Shown: positions 39,691 to 50,073 of the stretch, in pieces
Layout of the letters: each line of letters opens with the position of its first letter
Position numbering within the stretch: the stretch's first letter is position 1
Assembly (NCBI GenBank): GCA_039794845.1
Contig: JAUQVK010000072.1
Location: 1-53,571, forward strand
Reading direction: 5' to 3'
DNA from: Thermostichus sp. DRC_bins_24
GTDB lineage: Bacteria; Cyanobacteriota; Cyanobacteriia; Thermostichales; Thermostichaceae
DNA: 53,571 bases
The notes under the pieces: model-generated
The model's database searches: none
What the model was told of the DNA's origin: nothing
What the model saw: only the letters and a program-made list of their open reading frames with translations
Made by a program: the position numbers and the translations under genes

Positions 39691-39804
39691 AGGAGTTGGG
39701 AAAGGGAGTTGACGTTGGTAATTTCGTTGATCTTGCAGTAATCTTGCAGTTGACTCACCGGTTCAGATCAAGAGTCAATCTGAGCCTGAAAGAGCCCATG
39801 GGCT

Positions 39805-40293
39805 CTACCCAGCAAGAGCGGGAATCGGGGGAAGCTGAACCTTTTCGACAATCTGCATCGGCTCCCGTTGGGGTTGATCCTGTTCATCCAAGACCCAGCT
39901 GACCACCTCTTCTGCTTTGCCGTTTTTCACACTGACGATCACACAGGAAAAGCCCCAGGGAAAAGCATGCTGCCGGTCAAACTCGGAGGGAATGGCCGCA
40001 TGGTTGGGGTGGGAATGGTAGGTGCCGAGGATCCCTAGGCCTTTGCGCACGGCATGGTCGTTGGCTCGTTTGAAATCCGCCGGATCGATCAAAAAGCGAC
40101 GATGGCTGGATTCCCCATCTGCCAAGGGGTTTTCTGCTCGATCCCAGGTGTTGGTCACCGACCACAGTTCATGGATGAGCTTGTCACCTGCCTTGATCTC
40201 GCCGATCAAAATGCCACAGCCCTCGTAGGGAAAGGCCTGTTCGCCATGCTGACAAATGGTGCGGAGGTGTTCTGCCAAGAGGTGAAGGGCCAT
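39805..40293 (-). CDS. JAB/MPN+ (M67, Mec-like) metalloprotease
   Basis: 'PYEGCGIL' and 'YHSHPNHAAIPSEFD' JAMM motif. Confidence 0.92.
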   Translation of the reverse strand: MALHLLAEHLRTICQHGEQAFPYEGCGILIGEIKAGDKLIHELWSVTNTWDRAENPLADGESSHRRFLIDPADFKRANDHAVRKGLGILGTYHSHPNHAAIPSEFDRQHAFPWGFSCVIVSVKNGKAEEVVSWVLDEQDQPQREPMQIVEKVQLPPIPALAG

Positions 40294-40411
40294 TAATCTC
40301 GCCTTTGCCGATGGAATTACCGTTCTTTTATTCTGGCACAGATTGGCCAAGGATCCCCCATTCCGGTGTTCCCCATTCCCTGGTTCAGGGGAATCACTTC
40401 AGACAGATTTT

Positions 40412-40717
40412 CTAACTCGGACGTGGGGACTTATCGGGTTCTGCAACAGGAGAGTAGTGGATACAGCCTTGGCAAGGCCCTTGGGGATTGACCGCACAGC
40501 GCAACCAAACCGATTGGGCACTGTAGGTACAGGAGGGATCCCCCAAAGGCGGGCCAAACTCTCCCGCCCGTTGCCGGCGTAGCAACACCACCTGACGGCG
40601 CCAGTCTTGTAAAAATCGGCTGTAGGCTCGTTCCCGCCAGCGACGCTTGGCAGCATTTTCCAGCACATGGGCGGTGAGGTTCTCCAACATGAGGCAGTCA
40701 CCCGGTGAAAAGGCCAA
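40412..40717 (-). CDS. Small Cys-rich protein (DUF6464-like)
   Basis: 'LGDPSCTYSAQSVWLRCAVNPQGPCQGCIHY'. Confidence 0.75.
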   Translation of the reverse strand: MAFSPGDCLMLENLTAHVLENAAKRRWRERAYSRFLQDWRRQVVLLRRQRAGEFGPPLGDPSCTYSAQSVWLRCAVNPQGPCQGCIHYSPVAEPDKSPRPS

Positions 40718-40813
40718 CTCGATAGAAGGTTGGGGGTTGCGTTGGATCAGCCCAGATCCTCAGGATGGCATACTCTCAGGGGGAGAACAGAAGGATTGGA
40801 GGCTCTTTGAAGT

Positions 40814-42235
40814 TTAGTTTTGTCCCCTTTCTCCCGACGGTTCTGGAGGCTTGTGGCGAGCCTGGGCCTGTTGCAAAGCCTCCTGCACCACGGCAAAGCC
40901 GGTTCCGCCTGCACTGAGCCGGGCCGCCACCACCTGTTGGGGATCAATGGCCGCAAAAATATCCGGTTCAAACGCTGGATGAAAGGTTTTCCACCGCTCC
41001 AGGCTCAAATCCCGCAGCACGATCCCCTCCGCCAAACAGATGCGCACGATTTGCCCCACCAGATCGTGAGCCGACCGAAAGGGGATCCCTTTGCGCACCA
41101 AGTAATCGGCGACATCGGTGGCATTCGAGAAATCTTCCCCGACGGCCTCTGCCATCCGCTGCGGCTGAAATTGGATCCCTTCCTGTAACAGGATCGTCAT
41201 CGCCTCCAGACAGGATCCCAGGGTATCGACCGTGTCGAACAGGCCCTCTTTGTCTTCTTGCAGGTCCTTGTTGTAGGCCAGCGGCAGCCCCTTCAGGGTG
41301 ACCAACAATGCCTGTAAATGGCCAAACACCCGCCCTGCCTTGCCGCGCACCAATTCCGGCACATCGGGGTTCTTTTTCTGGGGCATCAAGCTGGATCCCG
41401 TTGCACAGGCATCCGTAAGGGCCACAAAGCGAAACTCCTGCGAGGCCCACAGCACCATCTCTTCTGAAAGGCGACTGAGGTGAACCAAAATCAAGCTGGC
41501 CGCTGCGTGAAACTCCACCACATAGTCGCGGTCGCTGACGGCATCCAAGCTGTTGGCGGTGATTCGTTCAAACCCGAGCAAATGAGCCGTGAGCTGCCGA
41601 TCAATGGGCAAGGGCGTACCCGCCAGCGCGCCAGATCCGAGGGGACAAACATTCACCTGCTCTCGTACCCGACCCAGGCGTTGCCAGTCTCGCCAGAGCA
41701 TTTCTTCGTAGGCCAAGAGGTGATGGGCCAAACTGACCGGCTGCGCCCGTTGCAGGTGGGTATATCCGGGTAGGAGGGTTCTCAAGTGTTGACTGGCCAA
41801 ATTCAACAACACGCCCCGCAACTGCCACACCTGCTGCCGCAGGTGATCAATTTGGTCTCGCAGGTAGAGGCGCAGATCGGTGGCCACTTGGTCATTGCGG
41901 GAGCGTCCCGTGTGCAGTTTTTTCCCCACCTCTCCCACCAAGGCCACCAAGCGATGCTCGACGGCGTAGTGCACATCTTCGGCATCCGCATCCGGTTGGA
42001 AGGTTCCGCTAGCTGCTTCCTGTTGGATCTGCTCCAATCCCTGCCGAATCTGTTCTGCTTCTTGCGGGGTGAGAATGCCACAGGCCCCCAACATCTGCAC
42101 GTGCGCCAGGGAGCCCGCCAAATCGTAGGGGAGCAGGCGGATATCAAAACCGATGCTGGCATTGAAACGGGCAATGGCAGGGTGGAGGGATCCCTCAAAG
42201 CGCTGACTCCACGGGCGGGGGGTAGAGCTGGCCAT
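40814..42235 (-). CDS. argH: Argininosuccinate lyase
   Basis: '[11 protein letters not shown]', '[11 protein letters not shown]', '[13 protein letters not shown]'. Confidence 0.97.
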   Translation of the reverse strand: MASSTPRPWSQRFEGSLHPAIARFNASIGFDIRLLPYDLAGSLAHVQMLGACGILTPQEAEQIRQGLEQIQQEAASGTFQPDADAEDVHYAVEHRLVALVGEVGKKLHTGRSRNDQVATDLRLYLRDQIDHLRQQVWQLRGVLLNLASQHLRTLLPGYTHLQRAQPVSLAHHLLAYEEMLWRDWQRLGRVREQVNVCPLGSGALAGTPLPIDRQLTAHLLGFERITANSLDAVSDRDYVVEFHAAASLILVHLSRLSEEMVLWASQEFRFVALTDACATGSSLMPQKKNPDVPELVRGKAGRVFGHLQALLVTLKGLPLAYNKDLQEDKEGLFDTVDTLGSCLEAMTILLQEGIQFQPQRMAEAVGEDFSNATDVADYLVRKGIPFRSAHDLVGQIVRICLAEGIVLRDLSLERWKTFHPAFEPDIFAAIDPQQVVAARLSAGGTGFAVVQEALQQAQARHKPPEPSGERGQN

Positions 42236-42422
42236 CGACTCAGGCACGGAGGGATGGGAAGAAGAATCGACCACCTGGAAACGACCCCACTGCGAATATT
42301 GCGAATATGGAGACCTATTCGGCAAAAACAAGCCGGGCATGATGGTACCATACCCGCCCCTTTGCTCCCAGGGGAAGTCCAACAGGCCGGCTCAGCCTGC
42401 CGAGCCGGATCTCGCCAGTGCT

Positions 42423-42641
42423 TCAGTGGGAGCTGGTGATGCTCTTGAGGAAGTAGCCCACGACAATCCCCACCAAGGCCGCCCAAATCTGGCCAGACTC
42501 GACAAAGTTGTTCCAACCTTTGCTGATGTCTCCAAGCACATCCTGCCGGAACACCTGTCCGACAATCATTTCCGTTTGGAGCGCCGCAGGGGCAGGCAAG
42601 TAAACCGAAGCCGATTCAGACAAGGGAGAAGAGGAGTTCAT
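42423..42641 (-). CDS. Small conserved membrane protein
   Basis: 'WNNFVESGQIWAALVGIVVGY', single TM. Confidence 0.65.
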   Translation of the reverse strand: MNSSSPLSESASVYLPAPAALQTEMIVGQVFRQDVLGDISKGWNNFVESGQIWAALVGIVVGYFLKSITSSH

Positions 42642-42742
42642 GGTGGTGCCTCAAATGCAGAACAGCAGAACAATCGTCAAGCAGTGCAGCCGGCTGTATG
42701 GCTCCACTAGCTAGAGCGTACCCGCAGTTGGAAAATTCGTAG

Positions 42743-44497
42743 CTAGGTTGGGTCAGATTCCGGTAGCAACTTCAACACCACCAGCGTGGTGTCGTCCACA
42801 GGCTCAGGCCGTACGTAGATCTCATCCTGAAACAGCAACTCCGGATCCGCCGGTGGCAGTAGGGCCAAGTCAGAGCTCTGTCGGCCTCGGAAGGCGTCCA
42901 TCTGCTCGAAGAGGCTGTCTAGGATGTCTTGGGGAGAGTCGTAGCGACGGGCGGCGTGCTGGATCGCGTCCATCAGCCCAGAGGTTTCCAGCCGTTCACC
43001 GCGGATATTGGCGGTTTCGGTATAGCCATCGGTGTAGTACACCACCACATCCCCTGGCTGCAGTTGCACGCAGCTTTCCGAGTAATGGCTGTGCCCTTCT
43101 AGGCCGATCAGGGCGCCATCCGTATCCAGTGCTTGGATTTCTTGGGTACGGGCACGCCACCAGAGGGTGGGGTTGTGGGCGGCGTTGCTGAAGCAGAGGC
43201 GGTGGGAGCGGGGATCGTACTCCGAGTAAAACAGACTGATGAAGCGGTTGGAGTTTTCGAGATCGCTGTACATCGCTCGGTTCAGGCGTTGCAGAACGCG
43301 CGCCGGCGAATGTCGGTTCAGAGCCTCGGCTCGCACCATGGCTCGGGTCATGCTCATCAACATGCCGGCGGGCACGCCTTTGCCCATGACATCCCCAATC
43401 ACAATGCCCAGGCGAAAGGCTTCAGCGTCTGCGGGAGAGTCGGTTGAGGGGTCTGCTTCCGTCGGGGATCCCTCCAGAGGAATCTTGATGAAATCGTAGT
43501 AATCACCCCCCACTTTGCTGGCCACACGGCAGCGGGCTGCCAATTGAATGCCCCGCACCTGAGGGTACTCCCGGGGTAACAATTGGGTCTGGATGTAGGA
43601 GCCGATCTCCATTTCCTTTTCCAGAGCCACTTTGCGGCGCAGGGCCGCCGTCAATTCATCGTTTTCAATGGCGACCGCTGCCTGATCTGCCACCACCCGC
43701 AGCATCTGTTGGCGACGCTCATTCCAGCGGTAATCCGGCTGGCGGCTGAACACGTACAACCGCCCCCGCACCGAATTCCGGATCAACAAAGGGGTGCCAA
43801 ACAACTGCACATCCGGCCCCAGCTTTTGACGCAACCGCTCATCCAGCAGGTGTTCGAGGGCAGAAATGTTCATCGATAGGGATCCCTCGGTGGGCGTGGA
43901 GCGTTCTTGGGTGGAAAGATTTTGGGTAATCCGCTCCATTTCAGCTCGGATTTGGTCGCGGCGATTGAGATCAGAACAGTGCAGCTGTTCTAGCTGAATC
44001 GTGCCATTTGGATTGAACAAAACCAGCGCTCCGCCTTCCGTGTCGGTGAGGTGGCTGGCCACGAAGGCCGTCAGCTCCAGAATCTGATTCAGATTGTTGA
44101 AGGAGCGGATGGCAAAAGCCAACCCCCCAAACAGATCCCGCATCAGACTTTGCTCTCGCCCCAGTTCCGCCAGCCGAGCCTGCATTACAGGGACGGGCAC
44201 AATTGCTGGGTTAACCTCCGGCAGCTCAACGGCGTCGGGGGAGATTCCCGGTGGACAGGTGGGATCCTCCTCCGGACTGACCTGAGCCGAGCGCAGTTCC
44301 TCGAGGTCGTCTGCGGGGGGCGGGCTAAAGTCTCGGGTGGGCAAGGATTCTGACCACGGGGATCCCGACAGCCCGGCGGGGGGTTGTGCTGGAACGGCCT
44401 TTTGGAAGCTGTGATCGTCCATCGGTGGGAGGGCCGCGTCGGAAAGAAGCTGCACTAAAACAGACTGAGGGCGGGAATCCTGCAGGGCCGAAGCCAA
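42743..44497 (-). CDS. GAF + PP2C/SpoIIE (RsbU-like) serine phosphatase
   Basis: 'VGGDYYDF', 'IGDVMGKG', 'SNAAHNP', 'YTDG', 'DDTT'. Start uncertain. Confidence 0.92.
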   Translation of the reverse strand: MASALQDSRPQSVLVQLLSDAALPPMDDHSFQKAVPAQPPAGLSGSPWSESLPTRDFSPPPADDLEELRSAQVSPEEDPTCPPGISPDAVELPEVNPAIVPVPVMQARLAELGREQSLMRDLFGGLAFAIRSFNNLNQILELTAFVASHLTDTEGGALVLFNPNGTIQLEQLHCSDLNRRDQIRAEMERITQNLSTQERSTPTEGSLSMNISALEHLLDERLRQKLGPDVQLFGTPLLIRNSVRGRLYVFSRQPDYRWNERRQQMLRVVADQAAVAIENDELTAALRRKVALEKEMEIGSYIQTQLLPREYPQVRGIQLAARCRVASKVGGDYYDFIKIPLEGSPTEADPSTDSPADAEAFRLGIVIGDVMGKGVPAGMLMSMTRAMVRAEALNRHSPARVLQRLNRAMYSDLENSNRFISLFYSEYDPRSHRLCFSNAAHNPTLWWRARTQEIQALDTDGALIGLEGHSHYSESCVQLQPGDVVVYYTDGYTETANIRGERLETSGLMDAIQHAARRYDSPQDILDSLFEQMDAFRGRQSSDLALLPPADPELLFQDEIYVRPEPVDDTTLVVLKLLPESDPT

Positions 44498-44638
44498 CCC
44501 CTCGGAAACATAACGAAGCAGTCTAGCAAAGATATCATAAGCTTTATCGCCAAAGATCTCAGCCGCAGAGAATCGAAGCGATCGAAACTGCCGTCCTACC
44601 CAGCGGGGCCAATCGCCGTTGCGTTCAACTCAAGTCCA

Positions 44639-45829
44639 TTACGCCTGACTTCGCTGACGGGATCCCTGGCAAAGCTGCCGATAAAGCTCCTCCACTTGGC
44701 TGATGTTGTGGCTGAGGGTATAGCGCTCCAGCACCCGTTGGCGAGCCTTCATCCCGAGTAGCTGGGTAAATTCCCGTTGATCCCGCAGCAAGGGCAGTAG
44801 GGTTTGCAGCTCCGCCGTCACTCGCGCCGGATCGAGCAGGATCCCGGCTCCGTTCGCCAACACTTCCCCATCCGCACCCACCTCGGTCGCCACAGGAGCC
44901 AGCCCACAGGCCATCGCCTCCAGCAAGGATAAAGATAGCCCCTCAATTAAGGACGGTAAAATAAAAACATCCGCCCCCCGCAAAATCTCGATACGCTGCC
45001 GCTCGTCGGCTACATAGCCCAGCCAGTGGATTCCGTGCTGAAGGGTATAGAAGGGTTTGAGGCTGTTGACCAACGGCCCATCCCCCAGGATCAGCAGACC
45101 ACATTTTTCCCCCATCTGGGCGTGTTTCCAGGCCTTGAGCAGTGCCTCTAGGTTTTTCTCCGGCGAGACCCGCCCTTGGTAGACGAAGATCCGTTCCAGC
45201 CCCAGCCGCTGTTTCAGGGTGGAGGGGCCGGGGGCGTACTTATCCACATCGACGCCGTTGGGGATCACCGCCACCTGTTCAGGGCTCACCCCCAGCTTGA
45301 CCAAAATCTCCCGTTGGGTTTCCGAAAAAACAATGGTGCGGTCGTAGTTGGCCAGGGAAGGAGCGTAGAGCTGATAGGCCAGATGTTGGGTGCGGGAGGC
45401 GATGTTGCGCCGCCGCCGGTCGAAAGCAGGGTGGAAGGTGGCCACCAGCGGTTGATTCAGCTCAGTACAGATCTCCGGCAGCACAAAATCGATGGGGGAA
45501 ATCGTCAAAGACGCATGCACCAGATCGGGCTGCAGTTCCCTCAGGGCTTGGGTGAGCACCCGTGTGGCGTTGGGAGCCGGGATCGTGTAAATCTGCGATT
45601 TGTACAAACAGGGCAGGGAAACATCTCGACAATCCAAGGTCGCTTTCCAGTCGGTCCCAGGACGGGATCCACTGCTGTCGGCGGGATCCAAATCGGGCGG
45701 TTGGCTGTCGTTGGTGAAGTGAAAAAAACTGACTTGGTGCCCACGATCCAGAAGGCCATTGGTCACCTCGCGGCTATAGGTGACGTTACCACAGAAAGGT
45801 GTTTTTTTGCCTATCCAGGCGATGTGCAT
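44639..45829 (-). CDS. GT4 glycosyltransferase, probable digalactosyldiacylglycerol synthase (DgdA-like)
   Basis: 'MHIAWIGKKTPFCGNVTY', 'IPNGVD', 'EGLSLSLLEAMACG'. The DgdA assignment is from recall of the N-terminus and is less certain than the GT4 call. Confidence 0.8.
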   Translation of the reverse strand: MHIAWIGKKTPFCGNVTYSREVTNGLLDRGHQVSFFHFTNDSQPPDLDPADSSGSRPGTDWKATLDCRDVSLPCLYKSQIYTIPAPNATRVLTQALRELQPDLVHASLTISPIDFVLPEICTELNQPLVATFHPAFDRRRRNIASRTQHLAYQLYAPSLANYDRTIVFSETQREILVKLGVSPEQVAVIPNGVDVDKYAPGPSTLKQRLGLERIFVYQGRVSPEKNLEALLKAWKHAQMGEKCGLLILGDGPLVNSLKPFYTLQHGIHWLGYVADERQRIEILRGADVFILPSLIEGLSLSLLEAMACGLAPVATEVGADGEVLANGAGILLDPARVTAELQTLLPLLRDQREFTQLLGMKARQRVLERYTLSHNISQVEELYRQLCQGSRQRSQA

Positions 45830-45966
45830 GGGTCGATCCCTACTGAGCTGAGAAGCCGAGCGGCAAGGAGAGGCTCCATCCTGAAGCCTTCCTTAAGGCT
45901 AGCAGAGTCGGATCCCACCCCAGCCGCTTCTCGGCAAAAAGAACTCGCCAACGCCACGGGAGAGTT

Positions 45967-47535
45967 TCACTTGAGAGGAAGTTGCCCTTTCTCCTCCCGG
46001 CCCAGCAGGCTCCAGGTGTACAGCCCCGCCACCCCCGCCATGATCGCCAACCCCAGAAACACCCGGGAAAGGCCAAAGTAGGTTTCCGCGATTCCCGCTA
46101 ACACCAGGGGCAAACTGAGGGCAATGTTGGCCACATTGTTTTGTAGCCCGAAGACTTTTCCCCGCAGGTGTTCGGGGGTTTCCTCTTGAATCAGGGTTTG
46201 CATCGGCACGGCCACCAGGGCTCCGGCACAGCCCAACAGGGCAATCCATCCCAAGCTGGGAAACAGCCAATCCGTCGTCCAAGCCAGGCACCCCAAAGCC
46301 ACACAGAGCAACAGGGATCCCAGCCCACTCCAGGCGCGGCGACTCACCTGTCGGCCCGTATGCCCCACCCAAAAGGCGCCAATCCCCATGCCCAAGCCGG
46401 CGGCAGCCAACAACACCCCGAACTGATCCGGCTCCAACTCCACCATGACCTCGGCCATGCGCACCGCCAAAACCGCCAGCGCCGCAAACAGCGAGTAGAG
46501 CACCACCACCTGCAATAGGGCCGCCTTAATGGCGGGCATCTGGGCAATGTACTGAAGGCCCAGCTTTAGATCCTCCCAAAAATGGGGTGCATCCCGACGG
46601 TGGGGTTCCAACTTCTCATGGGGTTGCAGCAGCAGCAGCAGGGATCCCGCCAAGAGGTAGGCGGCTCCCACCAATAGCTCAGGGCCGACCTCTAAGCCGG
46701 GTAGCCAAGTGCGTACCCCATGATCCGCCAGGGTCAACAACGGCTCACCGATGGCAAAACCGACGATCACCGAGGCCATCATCGTGGTGGTGTAGAGGGA
46801 GTTGGCTGCCAACAGATCCCGTTTCGGTAGGATTAGCGGCAAAGTTGCCTGTTCCGCAGGGGCGAAAAATTGCGTCAGGGTGGAGACGGCAAAGCTGATC
46901 AGCAACAGCCCCGCAAATCCCAACGGGATCCCCGGCCACAGGTCGTGCTGGGCGGTGAACCAGAGCATCGGCGGCAACAACAGCACCAAGCTCCCCCGCA
47001 CCAGGTTGGAAGCAACCAGCACGCCCTTCTTCAGCCAGCGATCAACAAACACCCCCGCCACGCTGCCGAACAACATTGCCGGTAGCGTAAAGGCCAGCAT
47101 AATCGCCGACACCCAGCCGCTGATAGAAGCCCCTTCCGGCTGAAACTGGCTGGAGATGAGTCCGATCAGCAGCACCAACAGCACCTTGTCTGCCAATTGG
47201 GAACACACCTGCCCCATCCACAGCAGCAGGAAGTTGCGCCGACGCAACACGGCCACGAAATTCTCCAGACCCGGCCTGGAGAAGCTTGCTTCCTTGTTTT
47301 CGCCTTCGGTTTCGGAGTCTTCGTCGGGAGGCGGCGTGGGATGCCCGGAGCCCGATTCAACCGAGTTGGCAAGGGGCGAGTTGGCGGCGGCGCTCGTCGC
47401 CGGTTCTGGGGGAAGATCCTTCGACAGGAGAACCCAGCCTGGAGTTGACGGGTGGGTGAGCTCCTCCGGATGGGGATGTAAGTGGTGGCAATTCTCCTCC
47501 CCCTTCGGCCAGTCCCATCGTTGCTCCAAGGTCAT
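45967..47535 (-). CDS. MFS transporter (start uncertain)
   Basis: 'NFLLLWMGQVCSQLAD', 'GVFVDRW', 'QFFAPAE', 'LRGKVFG'. Confidence 0.9.
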   Translation of the reverse strand: MTLEQRWDWPKGEENCHHLHPHPEELTHPSTPGWVLLSKDLPPEPATSAAANSPLANSVESGSGHPTPPPDEDSETEGENKEASFSRPGLENFVAVLRRRNFLLLWMGQVCSQLADKVLLVLLIGLISSQFQPEGASISGWVSAIMLAFTLPAMLFGSVAGVFVDRWLKKGVLVASNLVRGSLVLLLPPMLWFTAQHDLWPGIPLGFAGLLLISFAVSTLTQFFAPAEQATLPLILPKRDLLAANSLYTTTMMASVIVGFAIGEPLLTLADHGVRTWLPGLEVGPELLVGAAYLLAGSLLLLLQPHEKLEPHRRDAPHFWEDLKLGLQYIAQMPAIKAALLQVVVLYSLFAALAVLAVRMAEVMVELEPDQFGVLLAAAGLGMGIGAFWVGHTGRQVSRRAWSGLGSLLLCVALGCLAWTTDWLFPSLGWIALLGCAGALVAVPMQTLIQEETPEHLRGKVFGLQNNVANIALSLPLVLAGIAETYFGLSRVFLGLAIMAGVAGLYTWSLLGREEKGQLPLK

Positions 47536-47671
47536 AGTGCTCCACCGCGACATACCCATTCTCCCGGCGCTCACCCTGCGATGAAGGCCGATCGCCGCTG
47601 GCGAACCGGAGATGAAGTGCCCCGATCTTATCTTGACCTGTCCCGCAATCAAAGTATAAAAACCGGGGGGT

Positions 47672-48016
47672 TCAAGGTTCTGCGGGGGCCAGCGAGCCCA
47701 AGGGATCCGGAATCGACTCGCTCGGGGCCACAAAACTGCCCCTCTCCACAAAGGTAAGGCGCACGCTTAACCAGCGAATGAAATCGGCATCGGTGGACAC
47801 CACTGCCCCCAGGGTACCGCTCAGTTTGTCTCGCAGCGGTTTCAGAGGAGCTGTTTCCATAAAGGCAGGCTCGGGCACCCAAAAGAAATCGATGGGGCGC
47901 TGGTGTTCCGCGTAGTGCCGGCGGCGCTCCTCCAGCACCTCCTCCAGGGGTTCAGAACGCAAGAAAGACAGGCTGGCAACGACAAAATGGTAGGTGACAG
48001 GTGCGGCAGCGGACAT
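47672..48016 (-). CDS. ycf54: Ycf54, Mg-protoporphyrin monomethyl ester cyclase auxiliary protein
   Basis: 'YHFVVAS..FL..EPLEEVLEERRRHY....IDFFWV.EPAF'. Confidence 0.9.
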   Translation of the reverse strand: MSAAAPVTYHFVVASLSFLRSEPLEEVLEERRRHYAEHQRPIDFFWVPEPAFMETAPLKPLRDKLSGTLGAVVSTDADFIRWLSVRLTFVERGSFVAPSESIPDPLGSLAPAEP

Positions 48017-48089
48017 ACTTCCTGTGGCGGTAAAGGGCGTAGCCAGGCGTTTAGGACCAAGGCGCATCATACCCCGAATACCCTGCCCC

Positions 48090-48551
48090 TCAGAAGTTGG
48101 CAGATTTAAGCAAATGCAGGGCGGGATCCCGAGAGCTACAGAGGGCCTGACAGTCCTCTAGCTGTTGCAGGACGGGCAACCGGGTCATCAACTCCTCTGG
48201 AGGCATGTAGTGTTCCGAAGCCTGCTTGAGGGTGGGTAGGGCCTGTGCCGCCCATTCCTTGGCCCAGAGGGCAGCTTCGGCAACTCCCGTTTGCTCCAGC
48301 AACTCCTGGCAAAGGGCAGTTGAGCGCTCCAGATCTCCACTGCGCTGGTAGGCCATCACTAGGGCAACTTGGGCCAACAGACATTCGGAGGGATCCGCTC
48401 GAGAGCCATTGCGCTCCCTCAGGTGGCGAGGGGTGCTCTCTTGAATGGAACAGCAGTAACAAAAGGATTCAAGAAGGTTGATCGCCTCCAGGTAGCGCTC
48501 CTGCTTGAGGGCAGTGATGCCAGCACGAAGGGATCCGGTTGAGTGGGACAT
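48090..48551 (-). CDS. Hypothetical TPR-like protein
   Basis: 'AGITALKQERYLEAINLLE' and 'AQVALVMAYQRSGD' helical-repeat pattern. Confidence 0.6.
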   Translation of the reverse strand: MSHSTGSLRAGITALKQERYLEAINLLESFCYCCSIQESTPRHLRERNGSRADPSECLLAQVALVMAYQRSGDLERSTALCQELLEQTGVAEAALWAKEWAAQALPTLKQASEHYMPPEELMTRLPVLQQLEDCQALCSSRDPALHLLKSANF

Positions 48552-48736
48552 AAGCCTAAGCACAAGAAAAGGTTCCGATGACCTTGCACCCAAGGGTTGT
48601 CTAGTTGATCTGATTGATCTGAGTCAAGCAGTGACTGACCCGGCTTTCTATCCAAGTTTTGTGTCTAACATTACTATACATCTACATCCTCTGGACAAGG
48701 AGTTGCGGATCCCTTCCTTCGCAGTTTTCGCGGCCT

Positions 48737-49864
48737 TCAGCCTTTACGGGCCAAGGTGTAGGTGCTGACATAGTGGGTTTCTCGGCGCAGTACCTCACAG
48801 CCGGCCTGTTGCAGGCGCACCCCCAAGTCGTCGTGGATATAGTCGCGGTAGTAGGGTTCGTGGAAGGTCGCCATGAAGGCTTCCATCGTCTCCTCCAACT
48901 CCGGTGAGTCCAGCAACTGCACCGAGTCGCAAATGACCACCACACCCCCCGGTTTCACCACCCGACTCATCTCGTTGATAACATTCTGCCGGGCCAAGCC
49001 GGGCAGTTCGTGGAAGAGGAAAACGCTGATGACCGCATCGAAGGTGGCATCAGCATAGGGCATCGCCTCCCCATTGGCCCGCAGCAACTGGGGCAATTCC
49101 CCCGGCAACTCCTGCAGCAGTTGGTTGGCTTTGCGCAGATAGGCAGGTGAGAGATCCAACCCGTACAGAGCGGCTTTCGGCAGGGATCCCCGTACCATAC
49201 GCAGCGTCCGCCCTGTGCCACAGGCTACATCAAGGATATGAGGGCCGGCCAAAGCGGGATCCAGCGCATTCTTGAGCAAGGGAATCACCCGACGGCGCAT
49301 CGCATCGGCTGTGCCCCCAAACAGCAATTCCACCTGCAAATCGTAGAGCTCAGCCGAATCCTCACTTAGGTAGCCGTTGGTTTGGTAGTGGAAATTTTGT
49401 AGATAGTATTTGGGATATCCTTCCGTGGAAATATCTTGGGAGAACTCTTGGTAGCGCCTGCTGTGTACCCGTCGGGCAATTTTCGGCAAATCCAACCACA
49501 CTTCCGGGTAATGGCGAGCGAAGTCTAACCAGGGATTGTCGAACAACAGAGCGTGGGGGTAGTAACCGGCCTCAGCATCTTGCCAATCGCTCCGCAAAAG
49601 TTGCTCGTAACGGGCCCGCAGCAACTGCAACGTGTTGGCGCTCACCCCCACCCGAGCCCGCGGCGGCAAAGTTTTTCCTGAAGAGAGGGCTTGCAGATCG
49701 TTGAGCAGCGAGAGCATCAGGTCAGAAGCCTGGGTCGAGAGAGCCTTATGAGCAAAGCCGAAGAGGTTTTTGCTCCACTGAAAAGCGCGGTAAGCAGCCT
49801 CCCCAAGGGGAGAAGGAATCGGCAAGGATAGCTCAGGGCTCAGTTGCATGCTCATATTCTGCAA
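48737..49864 (-). CDS. Class I SAM-dependent methyltransferase
   Basis: 'YYLQNFHYQTNGYLS', 'ILDVACGTG', 'VFLFHELP', 'VKPGG'. Confidence 0.9.
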   Translation of the reverse strand: MQNMSMQLSPELSLPIPSPLGEAAYRAFQWSKNLFGFAHKALSTQASDLMLSLLNDLQALSSGKTLPPRARVGVSANTLQLLRARYEQLLRSDWQDAEAGYYPHALLFDNPWLDFARHYPEVWLDLPKIARRVHSRRYQEFSQDISTEGYPKYYLQNFHYQTNGYLSEDSAELYDLQVELLFGGTADAMRRRVIPLLKNALDPALAGPHILDVACGTGRTLRMVRGSLPKAALYGLDLSPAYLRKANQLLQELPGELPQLLRANGEAMPYADATFDAVISVFLFHELPGLARQNVINEMSRVVKPGGVVVICDSVQLLDSPELEETMEAFMATFHEPYYRDYIHDDLGVRLQQAGCEVLRRETHYVSTYTLARKG

Positions 49865-50073
49865 AGTGCGAATACTTAACGTTTGTTCACATCGATTATA
49901 GCGAGGGAGCAGCGGGGAACTGGCAACCGTTGGATCTTGGGAAATCGGGCGGAGGTGGATCCCTGGCGATGCCCCATCTGCCCGAGTACCCTGATAATCG
50001 TCCTAGATTGGCTTCGTTCATCGGTGAACCGGCTGAGCAAGTTCAGAAACTGGGAGGATGGAGCATCCCTGGC

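Noticed and set aside
38237..40293. Ubiquitin-like anti-phage system (Bil/CBASS-type)
   Set aside because: No E2 or CD-NTase; the E1 is a MoeZ-rhodanese typical of sulfur relay; base composition looks like core genome.
2612..46081. Long antisense ORFs (e.g. 2612-3706, 32083-33174, 45176-46081)
   Set aside because: They shadow well-supported genes on the opposite strand, as expected in GC-rich DNA, and show no family motifs.
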